DNA of 64,000 nucleotides from SAR324 cluster bacterium (GTDB lineage Bacteria; SAR324; NAC60-12): NCBI GenBank assembly GCA_015231885.1, contig JADGAT010000012.1, positions 5,890 to 69,889 of the forward strand, read 5' to 3'. Shown piece by piece: positions 55,518 to 64,000 of this stretch (position 1 is its first letter; each line of letters starts with the position of its first letter). The notes under the pieces were generated by a model. It saw only the letters and a program-made list of their open reading frames with translations, ran no database searches and was not told where the DNA came from. The position numbers and the translations under genes were made by a program.

Positions 55518-58500
55518 ATGTTTGATAAAAAAAACGTCAAAAACATTTATGCACTCACTCCCATGCAGGAAGGAATGCTGTTCTTTGCGTTGTACGACAA
55601 CACTTCGCTAGCATATTTTGAACAGGTTTTTTATCATATTTCTGGAAAATTATATGTTGAATTCTTTGAAAAGACCTGGAATGAATTGATCCATCGTCAT
55701 GATATTCTTAGAACCATTTTCGTCTATAAAAATGTTCCTCAACCCTTGCAGATCGTTTTAAAGCAACGCAAAATTAGTGTTCATTTTGTCGATCTGCAGG
55801 CGCTTTCCCCGGAAGAACAGGAAGCTCACTGCCGGCAGTATAAAGAAAAAGATCAACACACCCCTTTTGATCTGAGTAAAGATCCCTTAATGCGGTTTGC
55901 GTTGTTTCAGTTAGGGGAAACTTCCTACAATCTGGTCTGGAGCTGTCATCACATTTTGCTCGATGGTTGGAGTGTCAGTCTCCTCTACAAAGAATTTTTT
56001 TCCATCTACGAGGCATTGCATCAGGGACAGTCAGTCTTTCTCCCTCCACCCGTGCCTTTCAGCAAGTATCTGACCTGGCTCAATAAGCAGGACAAAAACG
56101 AAGCAAAACGTTACTGGCAAACCTATTTACAGGGGTACCATCAGCGGGCGGCTTTCCCGCAATTTCCTTCAAATTTCGATGCGGGTGAAACCCCACTCCC
56201 TGTTCCTGAGAATTTTACTTTTCAAATGACGGAAGCATTGACTTCGGGATTAAATGAACTGGCATTCCGCAATCATGTGACGCTCAATACGGTTTTTGTG
56301 ACGTTATGGGGAATTCTCCTGGGAGTCTACAATAATCTCAATGATGTTGTTTTTGGGGCTGCCGTTTCGGGACGTCCCGCTGGGATTGAGGGGATCGAAG
56401 ACATTGTGGGCTTGTTCATCAATACGATTCCAGTACGCGTGAGAAAAGAATCAGGGCAAACGTTTAAAGAATTGCTTCAAATTGTGCAGAAAGAAGCTGC
56501 ACAGGGGAAAGAATATCATTATACCTCATTGGTTGATATCATGATGGAAACTCCGTTGAAACAAAGTTTGTTTGATCATATTCTTATTTTTGAAAATTTT
56601 CCCTCATTAGAAAACGCACAAGAAGGTGCAAATAATCCCTTCGTGGTGGATCGTTTTGAGCAATTTGAACTCACCAGTTATGACCTCTCCATTCAAGTTT
56701 TTCCCGGAAAAAATCTGGAATTCGTCATCATTTACCAACCGGCAGTATACAATCGCGAGGTGATCGAATGCCTGAAACCTCATCTCACATTGATGCTGGA
56801 ATCTGTTTTAGAAAACGAATCTCTGGAATTGCAGGACCTGAGTGTCCTTTCAGATGATGAAGAAAAATTTTACCATGAAGTCAGAAAAGCCTTGCCTGTC
56901 GAAGATGAGATTCACCGAAAAATTTTTACAGCTTATTCGCCTCCTGAAAATGAACAACAGAATACACTGCTCTCGATCTGGAAGGAATTGCTCAATCTAG
57001 AAGATGTGGGCATTGATGACAACTATTTTGAATTGGGCGGCCACAGCCTGCTTGCCACTCGCATTGTCTCTAAAATTCACAAATCTTTAAAAATTGAAAT
57101 CAGTTTAAGAGAATTTTTTAACAACCCGAATATCAGAGCTCTTGACAAAATTATAAATCAAAAAAATCTCAAAGAATACGCCGAAATCACCGCACTTCCC
57201 CAGCATCCCCATTATCCTGTTTCTCATGCTCAGCGGCGACTTTGGATTCTGGAACAAATGCAGGGAGAAGCAGCCGCTTACAATATGTCCGGCGCTGTTT
57301 CGATGGCTGGCGATCTCAATCTGGCCGCCTTTCAAAAGGCTTTTCAAACGCTTGTAAATCGCCACGACTCCTTACGCACAACATTTGTTAGTATTGATAG
57401 TGAACCAAGGCAAAAGGTCTGTGCAGATATTGACCTCACCATAGAAATGCTGGACTTGAGCGCGGAGGAAGGCTCTGAAGAGAAAGCAAGGGAATTTATT
57501 CGCAAAGACGCCAACAGGCTTTTTGATCTGGAAAAAGGACCCTTGCTGCAGGCCTCTCTTCTCAAGCTTGCTGATCGCAAATATATTTTTGTTTTTAACA
57601 TTCATCACATTATTGGAGATGGCTGGTCTTTTGGTATTCTTGTTAAAGAAATTTTTTGTTTGTATGATGCTTTTTTGAAAGGACAGCAAAACCCTCTACC
57701 TTCTCTTCGTATTCAATATAAGGACTATACCGCTTGGCAAAATGAGTTATTGGAAAGCAAAAACATCGCCCCTCACCGAGAATACTGGCTTCAAAAATTG
57801 TCAGGAGAATTGCCTATACTGGAGCTTCCCACAGACTTCCCCCGTCCTGCGAAGATGACTTATCACGGACGTAAACTCAGTTTTACCCTGGCCCCGGGTC
57901 TGGCTGATGCGTTCAACCAGGTTTGCCGATCAAATCAAGCCAGTCTGTTCATGGGCCTGCTCAGTATAGTAAAAATTTTACTATACCGTTACTCCTCTCA
58001 GGAGGATATCATTGTCGGATCTCCAATTGCCGGGAGAAATCACCCGGATTTGGAAGATCAAATCGGTTTTTATGTGAACACCCTGGCTCTGCGTGATCAG
58101 ATCAATAGCAATGATACGTTTCTGGGGCTCCTGCAAAAGATAAAACAAACTACAATTGAGGCATTTGATCATCAGGATTATCCTTTTGATAAGTTGGTGG
58201 ACGAATTGAATGTTCCTCGATTTACAGATCGCTCTCCTTTATTTGATGTGATGGTCGTTTTACAAAACCAGGATTTCGAGGAGATCGGATTGAGCGGTGT
58301 TCACATCATTCCTTTTGCCGAAGAAAGCAGCAGTAGCCGATTTGATCTGACATTAAACTTTGCAGAAACAGATTCTACTATACAGGCGGAAATTGAATAT
58401 CGGACGGATTTATTCACAGCAGCAGGAATTCATCGTTTGTGGGGGCATTTTGAATCGCTTGTAGACGCTGCACTTAAATCTCCCGAAGAGAAAATTGGCA

Positions 58501-61500
58501 GTTTGGGACTCCTCACTCCGTCTGAAATAATTCAGATCACGAACAAATTCAACCAGACAAAAACGGACTTCCCTCAAGAACAAACGTTGGGCCAGTTGTT
58601 TGAACGGCAAGAGCAACAATCCTCGAATGCTCCTGCATTGGTCTTCGATGGAGGAGTGCTTTCCTATCAGGAGTTGAACGCCCAAGCCAATGTTTTGGCG
58701 CATTATCTGAAGGACGAGATCAAGATCAAACCAGAGGAAATTGTCGCTGTTATTCCGGAACGCTCTCAATGGAGCATTGTTGCACTACTGGGGATTCTCA
58801 AAGCTGGAGGCGTTTATCTGCCGATTGATCCATCCTACCCGGAAGCCCGTGTTCAATTTATACTGAAAGACAGCCGGTGCAAAATTGTGCTCGTTGAACC
58901 AGGCACCCGGGACCACGTAGTGGGGCTGGAACAGATCAAAGTTTTCGATTTAACAACACTGCCGATGGCGGGTCCCATTTCCAATCCCGCCCCTCGAATC
59001 AGTTCGAATAATTTAGCATATCTGATTTATACCTCAGGGTCCACCGGGACTCCCAAAGGGGTGATGATCGAGCATCGTGGATTCATCAATATGACCCTGG
59101 CTCAAATTCGAGAATTTGAAGTTAACCCCACAGACCGGGTTCTCTTGTTTTCTTCCATTTCTTTTGACGCTTCCCTTTCTGAAATTTTTATGGCTCTGCT
59201 TTCTGGCGCGTCCCTGGTTTTAGTCAGTAAAGAAGTGCTGCATGATCTGGAAGAATTTACTGATTATCTTCAACGGAAACAAGTCACCGTTATCACTCTC
59301 CCTCCTTCTTATTTGAGCAATTTGGGAAAAGATTGTCTACCCACTGTGCGAACACTAATTACTGCCGGAGAAGCAGCTCATGTGGATGAGGCTCTTAACT
59401 ACAGTCAAAGCAAGCGGTATTTTAATGCTTTTGGTCCAACAGAGTATTCGGTCTGTATCTCCATTCATCAGGTTTCTCCAGATCAATCATACCCCAGCGG
59501 TATTCCGATAGGAAAACCAATCGCCAATACAGAGGTGTTTATTCTTGACCAACAATTGAACCTGGTACCCATCGGAGTGATCGGAGAAATTTGTGTCAGT
59601 GGCGCAGGCATGGCAAGAGGGTACCTGGGACAGGAAACACTCACATTAGAAAAATTTATTGCCCATCCATTTCGCCCCGGAGAGCGGCTCTATCGAAGCG
59701 GAGATCTGGGGAAATGGCAGGAAGATGGAAATATCATCTTTTTAGGAAGAAAAGATGATCAGGTAAAAATAAGAGGATACCGAATTGAGCTGGGAGAAAT
59801 CACCCAACGGTTGCTTGAGCATGCCAATGTAAAAGACGGGATTGTGCTTGATCGAATCAATCCGGAGGGAACGAAGGAATTACTTGCTTATGTTGTTGCT
59901 GTTGACGGTCATCTCGAAACCGTGGAACTGAGAAATTTTTTATCTGCTTACCTGCCCAGTTATATGATTCCCTCCTATTTTTTACCTTTAGAAATCTTGC
60001 CATTGAACTCCAATGGAAAAATCGATAAACAGGCCCTGCCCGCCCCCGAAAATCTGGTGGCAGCAAACAGACTGAATACTGATTCAAGACTTCCTTATGA
60101 GCCTCCTCGAAGTTTGATTGAAACCCGGTTGGTTGATGTTTGGCAGGAAATTTTAAGACACCCGTCAATTGGTATTGGGGATAATTTTTTTACCCTTGGA
60201 GGAGATTCGATTAAGGCCATTCAGATGGTTGCCAATTTACGGCAAAAACAATTCAAAACATCTGTACATCAAATTTTTCAACATCAGACCATTGCTGAGT
60301 TGGCGCCCAACCTGGTTTCTCTCGAGCACTCCACCATCGATCAGGCTACGGTGGCTGGAAGTGTTGAACTCACGCCGATCCAGCATCACTTTTTTACCGA
60401 ACACCAAATTGACCCTCATCATTTCAATCAGGCTCTCCTTCTGAAAAGCAAGCGAAGGTTTGATCAGGAAACGCTGCTCGAGGTACTGCAGGCAATTCAG
60501 ATACACCATGATGTTTTACGAATTCGTTATCGCTTTGAGGAAAAACAGGTATTTCAGGAAATTGAGAAGAGAGAAGCCTTCCTGAATTTCCGTGTCATCG
60601 ATTTAAGAGAAAAGGAAGAGCCCGTCGCACTCCAACTTTCCGAGACTGAAAAGGTCCAGGAGAGCATGGATTTGGAACAGGGGTCGTTGATGAAAACCGT
60701 GCTGTTTCGCCTGCCCGGGGAAGATCAATTGTTGATTGTGATTCATCACTTGCTCGTTGATGGAATTTCCTGGCGAATCCTGGTTGAGGATCTGCACAAA
60801 GGGTATGAGCAAAAACTAAATGGAAAACAGATCCAGTTTCCTGAAAAAAGTCATTCCTACCAACACTGGGCCCAAGCATTGAAACACTATGCAGAAAGTG
60901 AAGTCCTCCTGGCAGAGAAAACTTTTTGGCAGTCGGTTATTGCCTGCAGGGAAGGGGTGCTTGCATGTGATCATGAGTCTTCAGAACGACGAGTGAGAGA
61001 TATTTCAATCCAATCCTTTCATCTGTCAGCAGCTGCCACTAAAATTCTGCTTGGTCAAGCTCAGCAGGTTTGTCATGCAGGGATTAATGATCTTCTTCTG
61101 ACGACACTGGCCAGAGCTTTTTACCAATGGCAGGGGAATCGAAAAACGTTGATCTATCTGGAATCTCATGGGCGAGGATCGATTCTGGAAGATATTGATG
61201 TCAGTCGGACAATTGGGTGGTTCACAAGCTTTTATCCCTTTATTCTGGAACTGCCGAAGCAGGAAAAACTCATGGAGCAAATTCAATATGTGAAAGAATG
61301 CCTTCGAAGAATACCTCATAAAGGAATTGGTTTCGGAATTTTAAGATATTTAACGGAACTTCCTGCTCAAGAAATTGAAAAACTCCATGGAAAAGCACGA
61401 GTCAGCTTCAATTATCTGGGACAATTTGATCAGGAAATGAGCAGTGGTCTGTTTGAAGTTAGTCCAGAATCAACCGGTTCCTGGGCCAGTCTCGACTCGG

Positions 61501-61670
61501 AACCACTACATGATTTGTACATTGAGGGAATAGTACTGAATAAGCATTTGGAAATGAACATTCATTATCATCCAGGACAGTATAAAAAAGAGAATGTCGC
61601 TATGTTATGGCAATCCTACCAGGAGGAATTGGAACAATTAATTACCATTGCTGAAGATAGAATTTCATGA
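55518..61670 (+). CDS. NRPS: C-PCP (no A domain)-C-A(Tyr code)-PCP-E
   Basis: C1 LTPMQEGMLFF / HHILLDGWS (55956-55980). PCP YFELGGHSLLA (~57022) follows directly with no intervening A motifs. C2 YPVSHAQRRLW / HHIIGDG (57601-57625). A motifs A3 LAYLIYTSGSTGTPKG through A10 NSNGKIDKQALP, pocket D-A-S-T-I-A-A-V-C. PCP FFTLGGDSIKA (~60186). E motifs LTPIQHHFF, HHLLVDGISW, RTIGWFTSFYPF, FNYLGQFD. Confidence 0.95.
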   Translation: MFDKKNVKNIYALTPMQEGMLFFALYDNTSLAYFEQVFYHISGKLYVEFFEKTWNELIHRHDILRTIFVYKNVPQPLQIVLKQRKISVHFVDLQALSPEEQEAHCRQYKEKDQHTPFDLSKDPLMRFALFQLGETSYNLVWSCHHILLDGWSVSLLYKEFFSIYEALHQGQSVFLPPPVPFSKYLTWLNKQDKNEAKRYWQTYLQGYHQRAAFPQFPSNFDAGETPLPVPENFTFQMTEALTSGLNELAFRNHVTLNTVFVTLWGILLGVYNNLNDVVFGAAVSGRPAGIEGIEDIVGLFINTIPVRVRKESGQTFKELLQIVQKEAAQGKEYHYTSLVDIMMETPLKQSLFDHILIFENFPSLENAQEGANNPFVVDRFEQFELTSYDLSIQVFPGKNLEFVIIYQPAVYNREVIECLKPHLTLMLESVLENESLELQDLSVLSDDEEKFYHEVRKALPVEDEIHRKIFTAYSPPENEQQNTLLSIWKELLNLEDVGIDDNYFELGGHSLLATRIVSKIHKSLKIEISLREFFNNPNIRALDKIINQKNLKEYAEITALPQHPHYPVSHAQRRLWILEQMQGEAAAYNMSGAVSMAGDLNLAAFQKAFQTLVNRHDSLRTTFVSIDSEPRQKVCADIDLTIEMLDLSAEEGSEEKAREFIRKDANRLFDLEKGPLLQASLLKLADRKYIFVFNIHHIIGDGWSFGILVKEIFCLYDAFLKGQQNPLPSLRIQYKDYTAWQNELLESKNIAPHREYWLQKLSGELPILELPTDFPRPAKMTYHGRKLSFTLAPGLADAFNQVCRSNQASLFMGLLSIVKILLYRYSSQEDIIVGSPIAGRNHPDLEDQIGFYVNTLALRDQINSNDTFLGLLQKIKQTTIEAFDHQDYPFDKLVDELNVPRFTDRSPLFDVMVVLQNQDFEEIGLSGVHIIPFAEESSSSRFDLTLNFAETDSTIQAEIEYRTDLFTAAGIHRLWGHFESLVDAALKSPEEKIGSLGLLTPSEIIQITNKFNQTKTDFPQEQTLGQLFERQEQQSSNAPALVFDGGVLSYQELNAQANVLAHYLKDEIKIKPEEIVAVIPERSQWSIVALLGILKAGGVYLPIDPSYPEARVQFILKDSRCKIVLVEPGTRDHVVGLEQIKVFDLTTLPMAGPISNPAPRISSNNLAYLIYTSGSTGTPKGVMIEHRGFINMTLAQIREFEVNPTDRVLLFSSISFDASLSEIFMALLSGASLVLVSKEVLHDLEEFTDYLQRKQVTVITLPPSYLSNLGKDCLPTVRTLITAGEAAHVDEALNYSQSKRYFNAFGPTEYSVCISIHQVSPDQSYPSGIPIGKPIANTEVFILDQQLNLVPIGVIGEICVSGAGMARGYLGQETLTLEKFIAHPFRPGERLYRSGDLGKWQEDGNIIFLGRKDDQVKIRGYRIELGEITQRLLEHANVKDGIVLDRINPEGTKELLAYVVAVDGHLETVELRNFLSAYLPSYMIPSYFLPLEILPLNSNGKIDKQALPAPENLVAANRLNTDSRLPYEPPRSLIETRLVDVWQEILRHPSIGIGDNFFTLGGDSIKAIQMVANLRQKQFKTSVHQIFQHQTIAELAPNLVSLEHSTIDQATVAGSVELTPIQHHFFTEHQIDPHHFNQALLLKSKRRFDQETLLEVLQAIQIHHDVLRIRYRFEEKQVFQEIEKREAFLNFRVIDLREKEEPVALQLSETEKVQESMDLEQGSLMKTVLFRLPGEDQLLIVIHHLLVDGISWRILVEDLHKGYEQKLNGKQIQFPEKSHSYQHWAQALKHYAESEVLLAEKTFWQSVIACREGVLACDHESSERRVRDISIQSFHLSAAATKILLGQAQQVCHAGINDLLLTTLARAFYQWQGNRKTLIYLESHGRGSILEDIDVSRTIGWFTSFYPFILELPKQEKLMEQIQYVKECLRRIPHKGIGFGILRYLTELPAQEIEKLHGKARVSFNYLGQFDQEMSSGLFEVSPESTGSWASLDSEPLHDLYIEGIVLNKHLEMNIHYHPGQYKKENVAMLWQSYQEELEQLITIAEDRIS

Positions 61671-61695
61671 ATATGGCTGAAATTGAGAGAAATAG

Positions 61696-62898
61696 ATGAG
61701 AATACAAACACAATTCAATATTTTTTCATGGTATAACGAGATTAAAAAAGCCGATCGCCCGGTGGCTTGGTGCTCTGCCTTTGCACCAGTAGAGTTTCTA
61801 ATGGCTGCAGGAGTGACTCCTGTTTTTCCTGAGAACCACGCCGTCATGCTTGGTGCTTTGGGAGAAATAAGACGTCCTTACTCTGTTCCTGCGATTGAAG
61901 ATGCTGAATCCTCTGGATTGAAATCACCTCAACTTTGCAGCTATGCCCTTTCGGATCTTGGTACCTTGCTGGGAAATTCAAAATCCCCTATTCATGGACT
62001 GCCAAAGCCCAATTTATTTTATGCATGCGACAGTCAGTGTCGGGTCGTAGAGCGCTGGGGAGATCAAGTTCAGGATATCTTAAGCACTCGTGATCATGAG
62101 ATTCCTCATTATGTTTTGCGGGCGCCGAGTTTGGCTAAAAAAGAAGAACACAGTCAGGAAGAATTGGATCATTTCCAATCACAAATTGAGCGCCACATCC
62201 AAGATATTTGTAGACGTTTAGGAACCACTTTTAGTGAGAGTCGCCTAAAGGAGGTCACTGCCGAATCTGAGCGGGCCAATAAACTATGGCAACAGTGTTT
62301 GGAATTGGCAAAGCTTTGCCCGGCCCCCTGGTCCAATACGGATGCTTTTGCTGCGATGGCGCCAATTGTCGTTGCCCGGGGGACAAAACAATGTACAGAA
62401 TACTACCAAAAGCTTTATGATGAACTGAGTCAACGTGTGAAAAACAAAATTGAGGTAGTCCCTGGAGAGAGGATCCGGCTTTTGTGGGATGCCATTCCTA
62501 TCTGGCCCCGGAGAAACTGGTTGGCTGATTTTGCGGCCCGGCATCAGGCCGTTTTTGTCGTCAGTACGTATACCCATAGCTGGTGGTTTAAATTTGATCC
62601 GGAAGATGCTGTAAACAGTCTGGTCAAAAGATATGCTTGGAATACTATGAATCGCTCGTCTCAGTGGATTTTAGATTGGACTCTTGAGTTGGCGAGGGAA
62701 TATGATGTTGATGGAATTGTCAGCCATTGGAATATGAGCTGTGGGATCTGGAACAGCTATGTAAAACGTCGACTCCCCGGCTATAAAAATTCGAATCTGC
62801 CCCATCTTGTGATCAAAGCAGATATGGTGGATGCACGGGCATTCGATGAAGAGACGATCAGCCGCCAATTGTCAGAATTTTTTGAGCAGCTGTCCTGA
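61696..62898 (+). CDS. 2-hydroxyacyl-CoA dehydratase / benzoyl-CoA reductase BcrC/BadD/HgdB-family protein (single subunit, no activator in the window)
   Basis: 400 aa. The N-terminus ...PVAWCSAFAPVEFLMAAGVTPVF resembles the HGD-D-family start (GYFCSYVPEEIIYAAG-like). Several Cys are present. The assignment is by motif memory only. Confidence 0.55.
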   Translation: MRIQTQFNIFSWYNEIKKADRPVAWCSAFAPVEFLMAAGVTPVFPENHAVMLGALGEIRRPYSVPAIEDAESSGLKSPQLCSYALSDLGTLLGNSKSPIHGLPKPNLFYACDSQCRVVERWGDQVQDILSTRDHEIPHYVLRAPSLAKKEEHSQEELDHFQSQIERHIQDICRRLGTTFSESRLKEVTAESERANKLWQQCLELAKLCPAPWSNTDAFAAMAPIVVARGTKQCTEYYQKLYDELSQRVKNKIEVVPGERIRLLWDAIPIWPRRNWLADFAARHQAVFVVSTYTHSWWFKFDPEDAVNSLVKRYAWNTMNRSSQWILDWTLELAREYDVDGIVSHWNMSCGIWNSYVKRRLPGYKNSNLPHLVIKADMVDARAFDEETISRQLSEFFEQLS

Positions 62899-62954
62899 CC
62901 ACAAATAGTCGGTAATATCTCCTGTCGTCTCGAGGTTCTGCTCCTTCAAGGGAA

Positions 62955-63740
62955 ATGAAAATGGAAGAAGAATTGAAGAAAGGAGAAATCCATCTTTATT
63001 TTACTTTTCCAAACGAAATCAATGACCCTCATTTGCTGGCGAGATACCATCAATTTATGAATGCTGAGGAGGCAATTCAGCAACAGCGGTTTTATTTTGA
63101 AAAACATCGTCATCAATATTTAATCACTCGTGCTTTAGTACGAACAGTGCTTTCACGATATTGCGCGACCTCTCCTGAAGATTGGGAATTTTCAAAAAAT
63201 GAATATGGACGTCCAGAACCGGTTCTTTCAGGAGAATTTATGCCATTCCGGTTTAACTTGTCCCATACTGAGGCATTGGTCAGTTGCGGAGTAGTATTGG
63301 AAACAGATATTGGCGTGGATGTCGAAGATACCCATAGGATCACAAGCTCTTTGGAAATCGCTGAAAATTTTTTTTCTCCACAGGAAGTTTTTGACCTTTC
63401 CCGATTGTCTGAAGATGCGCAGCAGGATCGTTTTTTTGATTACTGGACTCTCAAAGAATCGTATATAAAAGCACGAGGAATGGGATTGTCTTTGCCGTTG
63501 GAACACTTCAGTTTTGACCTGGGCCGTTCAAAAAACATTGATATTTCTTTTGATCAACACCTAAAAGATGATCCGCAGAATTGGCGGTTTTGGCTGCTGC
63601 GTCCTGGTCCCCATCACAAAGCCGCAGTTTCAGTGAACAGCAAAGGGTGGAAAAAATATGAGATATTGGTTCGGAAGATGGTGCCCCTTTCAGAAATTAA
63701 ACCCTTTGAGTGCCCTATTCTGAGACAATCTATTGTTTGA
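62955..63740 (+). CDS. Sfp-type 4'-phosphopantetheinyl transferase
   Basis: GVDVE motif and FDYWTLKESYIKARG (W/FxxKESxxK). 261 aa. Confidence 0.85.
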   Translation: MKMEEELKKGEIHLYFTFPNEINDPHLLARYHQFMNAEEAIQQQRFYFEKHRHQYLITRALVRTVLSRYCATSPEDWEFSKNEYGRPEPVLSGEFMPFRFNLSHTEALVSCGVVLETDIGVDVEDTHRITSSLEIAENFFSPQEVFDLSRLSEDAQQDRFFDYWTLKESYIKARGMGLSLPLEHFSFDLGRSKNIDISFDQHLKDDPQNWRFWLLRPGPHHKAAVSVNSKGWKKYEILVRKMVPLSEIKPFECPILRQSIV

Positions 63741-63842
63741 AAAAAATAGGGTCTTTAAAAACCAGTACTTTCAGACTCTTTAGGAGCCTTCATCGACTTT
63801 TCAGTCCTTCAGGGACAACGACATAAAAGAGAATGAGGAAAA

Positions 63843-64000
63843 ATGATTTCGGGATTAATCGTACTTGCTGTGTGTGGCGGCGCATTATTTTTGACAAAGC
63901 CTCGAAAAGCCAGTCGAAAAAGGATACCTGAAGACACAAGGCAAAACAGCCAGAAAGAACTGATTGTCAGCAGGAACAAGGCAGAGCAGGAAGCTTCTCG
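63843..64000 (+). CDS. Hypothetical protein, 5' fragment (continues beyond the window)
   Basis: The ORF is open to the end of the window. An N-terminal hydrophobic segment MISGLIVLAVCGGALFL is followed by basic residues. Confidence 0.3.
   Translation, partial: MISGLIVLAVCGGALFLTKPRKASRKRIPEDTRQNSQKELIVSRNKAEQEAS

Noticed and set aside
1-64000. Looked for tRNA/rRNA genes, CRISPR repeats, IS/transposase or integrase genes, and phage genes
   Set aside because: None recognised. There are no regularly spaced direct repeats and no transposase-like ORFs. Intergenic regions are short except 8636-9200. The internal repeats present are paralogous protein domains, namely NRPS/PKS modules and the G-rich family.

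Overview
This 64-kb window carries a large hybrid PKS/NRPS biosynthetic gene cluster in two blocks, separated by a regulatory island.

Block 1 (15.9-32.3 kb) contains two megasynthase genes:
- A 3548-aa protein with the domain order KS-AT-C-A-PCP-C-A-PCP-C. The two A-domain pocket codes read Gly and Val-like.
- An 1872-aa protein with the order (partial C)-A-PCP-E. Its A domain has a Thr pocket code and is interrupted between motifs A2 and A3 by a ~530-aa radical-SAM plus B12-binding insert.

The regulatory island (32.3-35.9 kb) has two parts:
- A minus-strand operon of an ECF-type sigma factor, an EcsC-like protein and a membrane-anchored alpha/beta-hydrolase.
- A divergent zf-HC2 anti-sigma factor whose C-terminus is a glycine-rich DUF697-like domain.

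Block 2 (35.9-63.7 kb) contains, in order:
- FAAL-KR-ACP.
- Two KS-AT-DH-KR-ACP modules.
- A KAS-III homolog, a cytosolic-type sulfotransferase, a free ACP, an SDR and a short AMP-ligase.
- An NRPS with the order C-PCP(no A)-C-A(Tyr code)-PCP-E.
- An HgdB/BcrC-family protein and an Sfp-type PPTase.

No cis thioesterase or reductase release domain is present, and both NRPS lines end in E domains. Candidate release or processing enzymes in the window are a type II thioesterase, a beta-lactamase-fold lipoprotein and the alpha/beta-hydrolase.

The left flank (0-15.9 kb) holds:
- A ddl 3' fragment.
- A SyrD-like ABC peptide exporter.
- A transporter fused to HEAT repeats.
- A cNMP-binding protein.
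- A Band-7 protein.
- A ParA-like ATPase.
- A degenerate NRPS A-PCP fragment.

One further pattern stands out. Four paralogous copies of the DUF697/EcsC-like glycine-rich domain are scattered through the window: a divergent pair next to an OMP, a ParA partner, and the anti-sigma fusion.

No rRNA, tRNA, CRISPR array or IS element was recognised. The host is probably a Gram-negative bacterium (OMP, lipobox), and its taxon is uncertain. All family assignments come from motif reading by eye, not from database searches.
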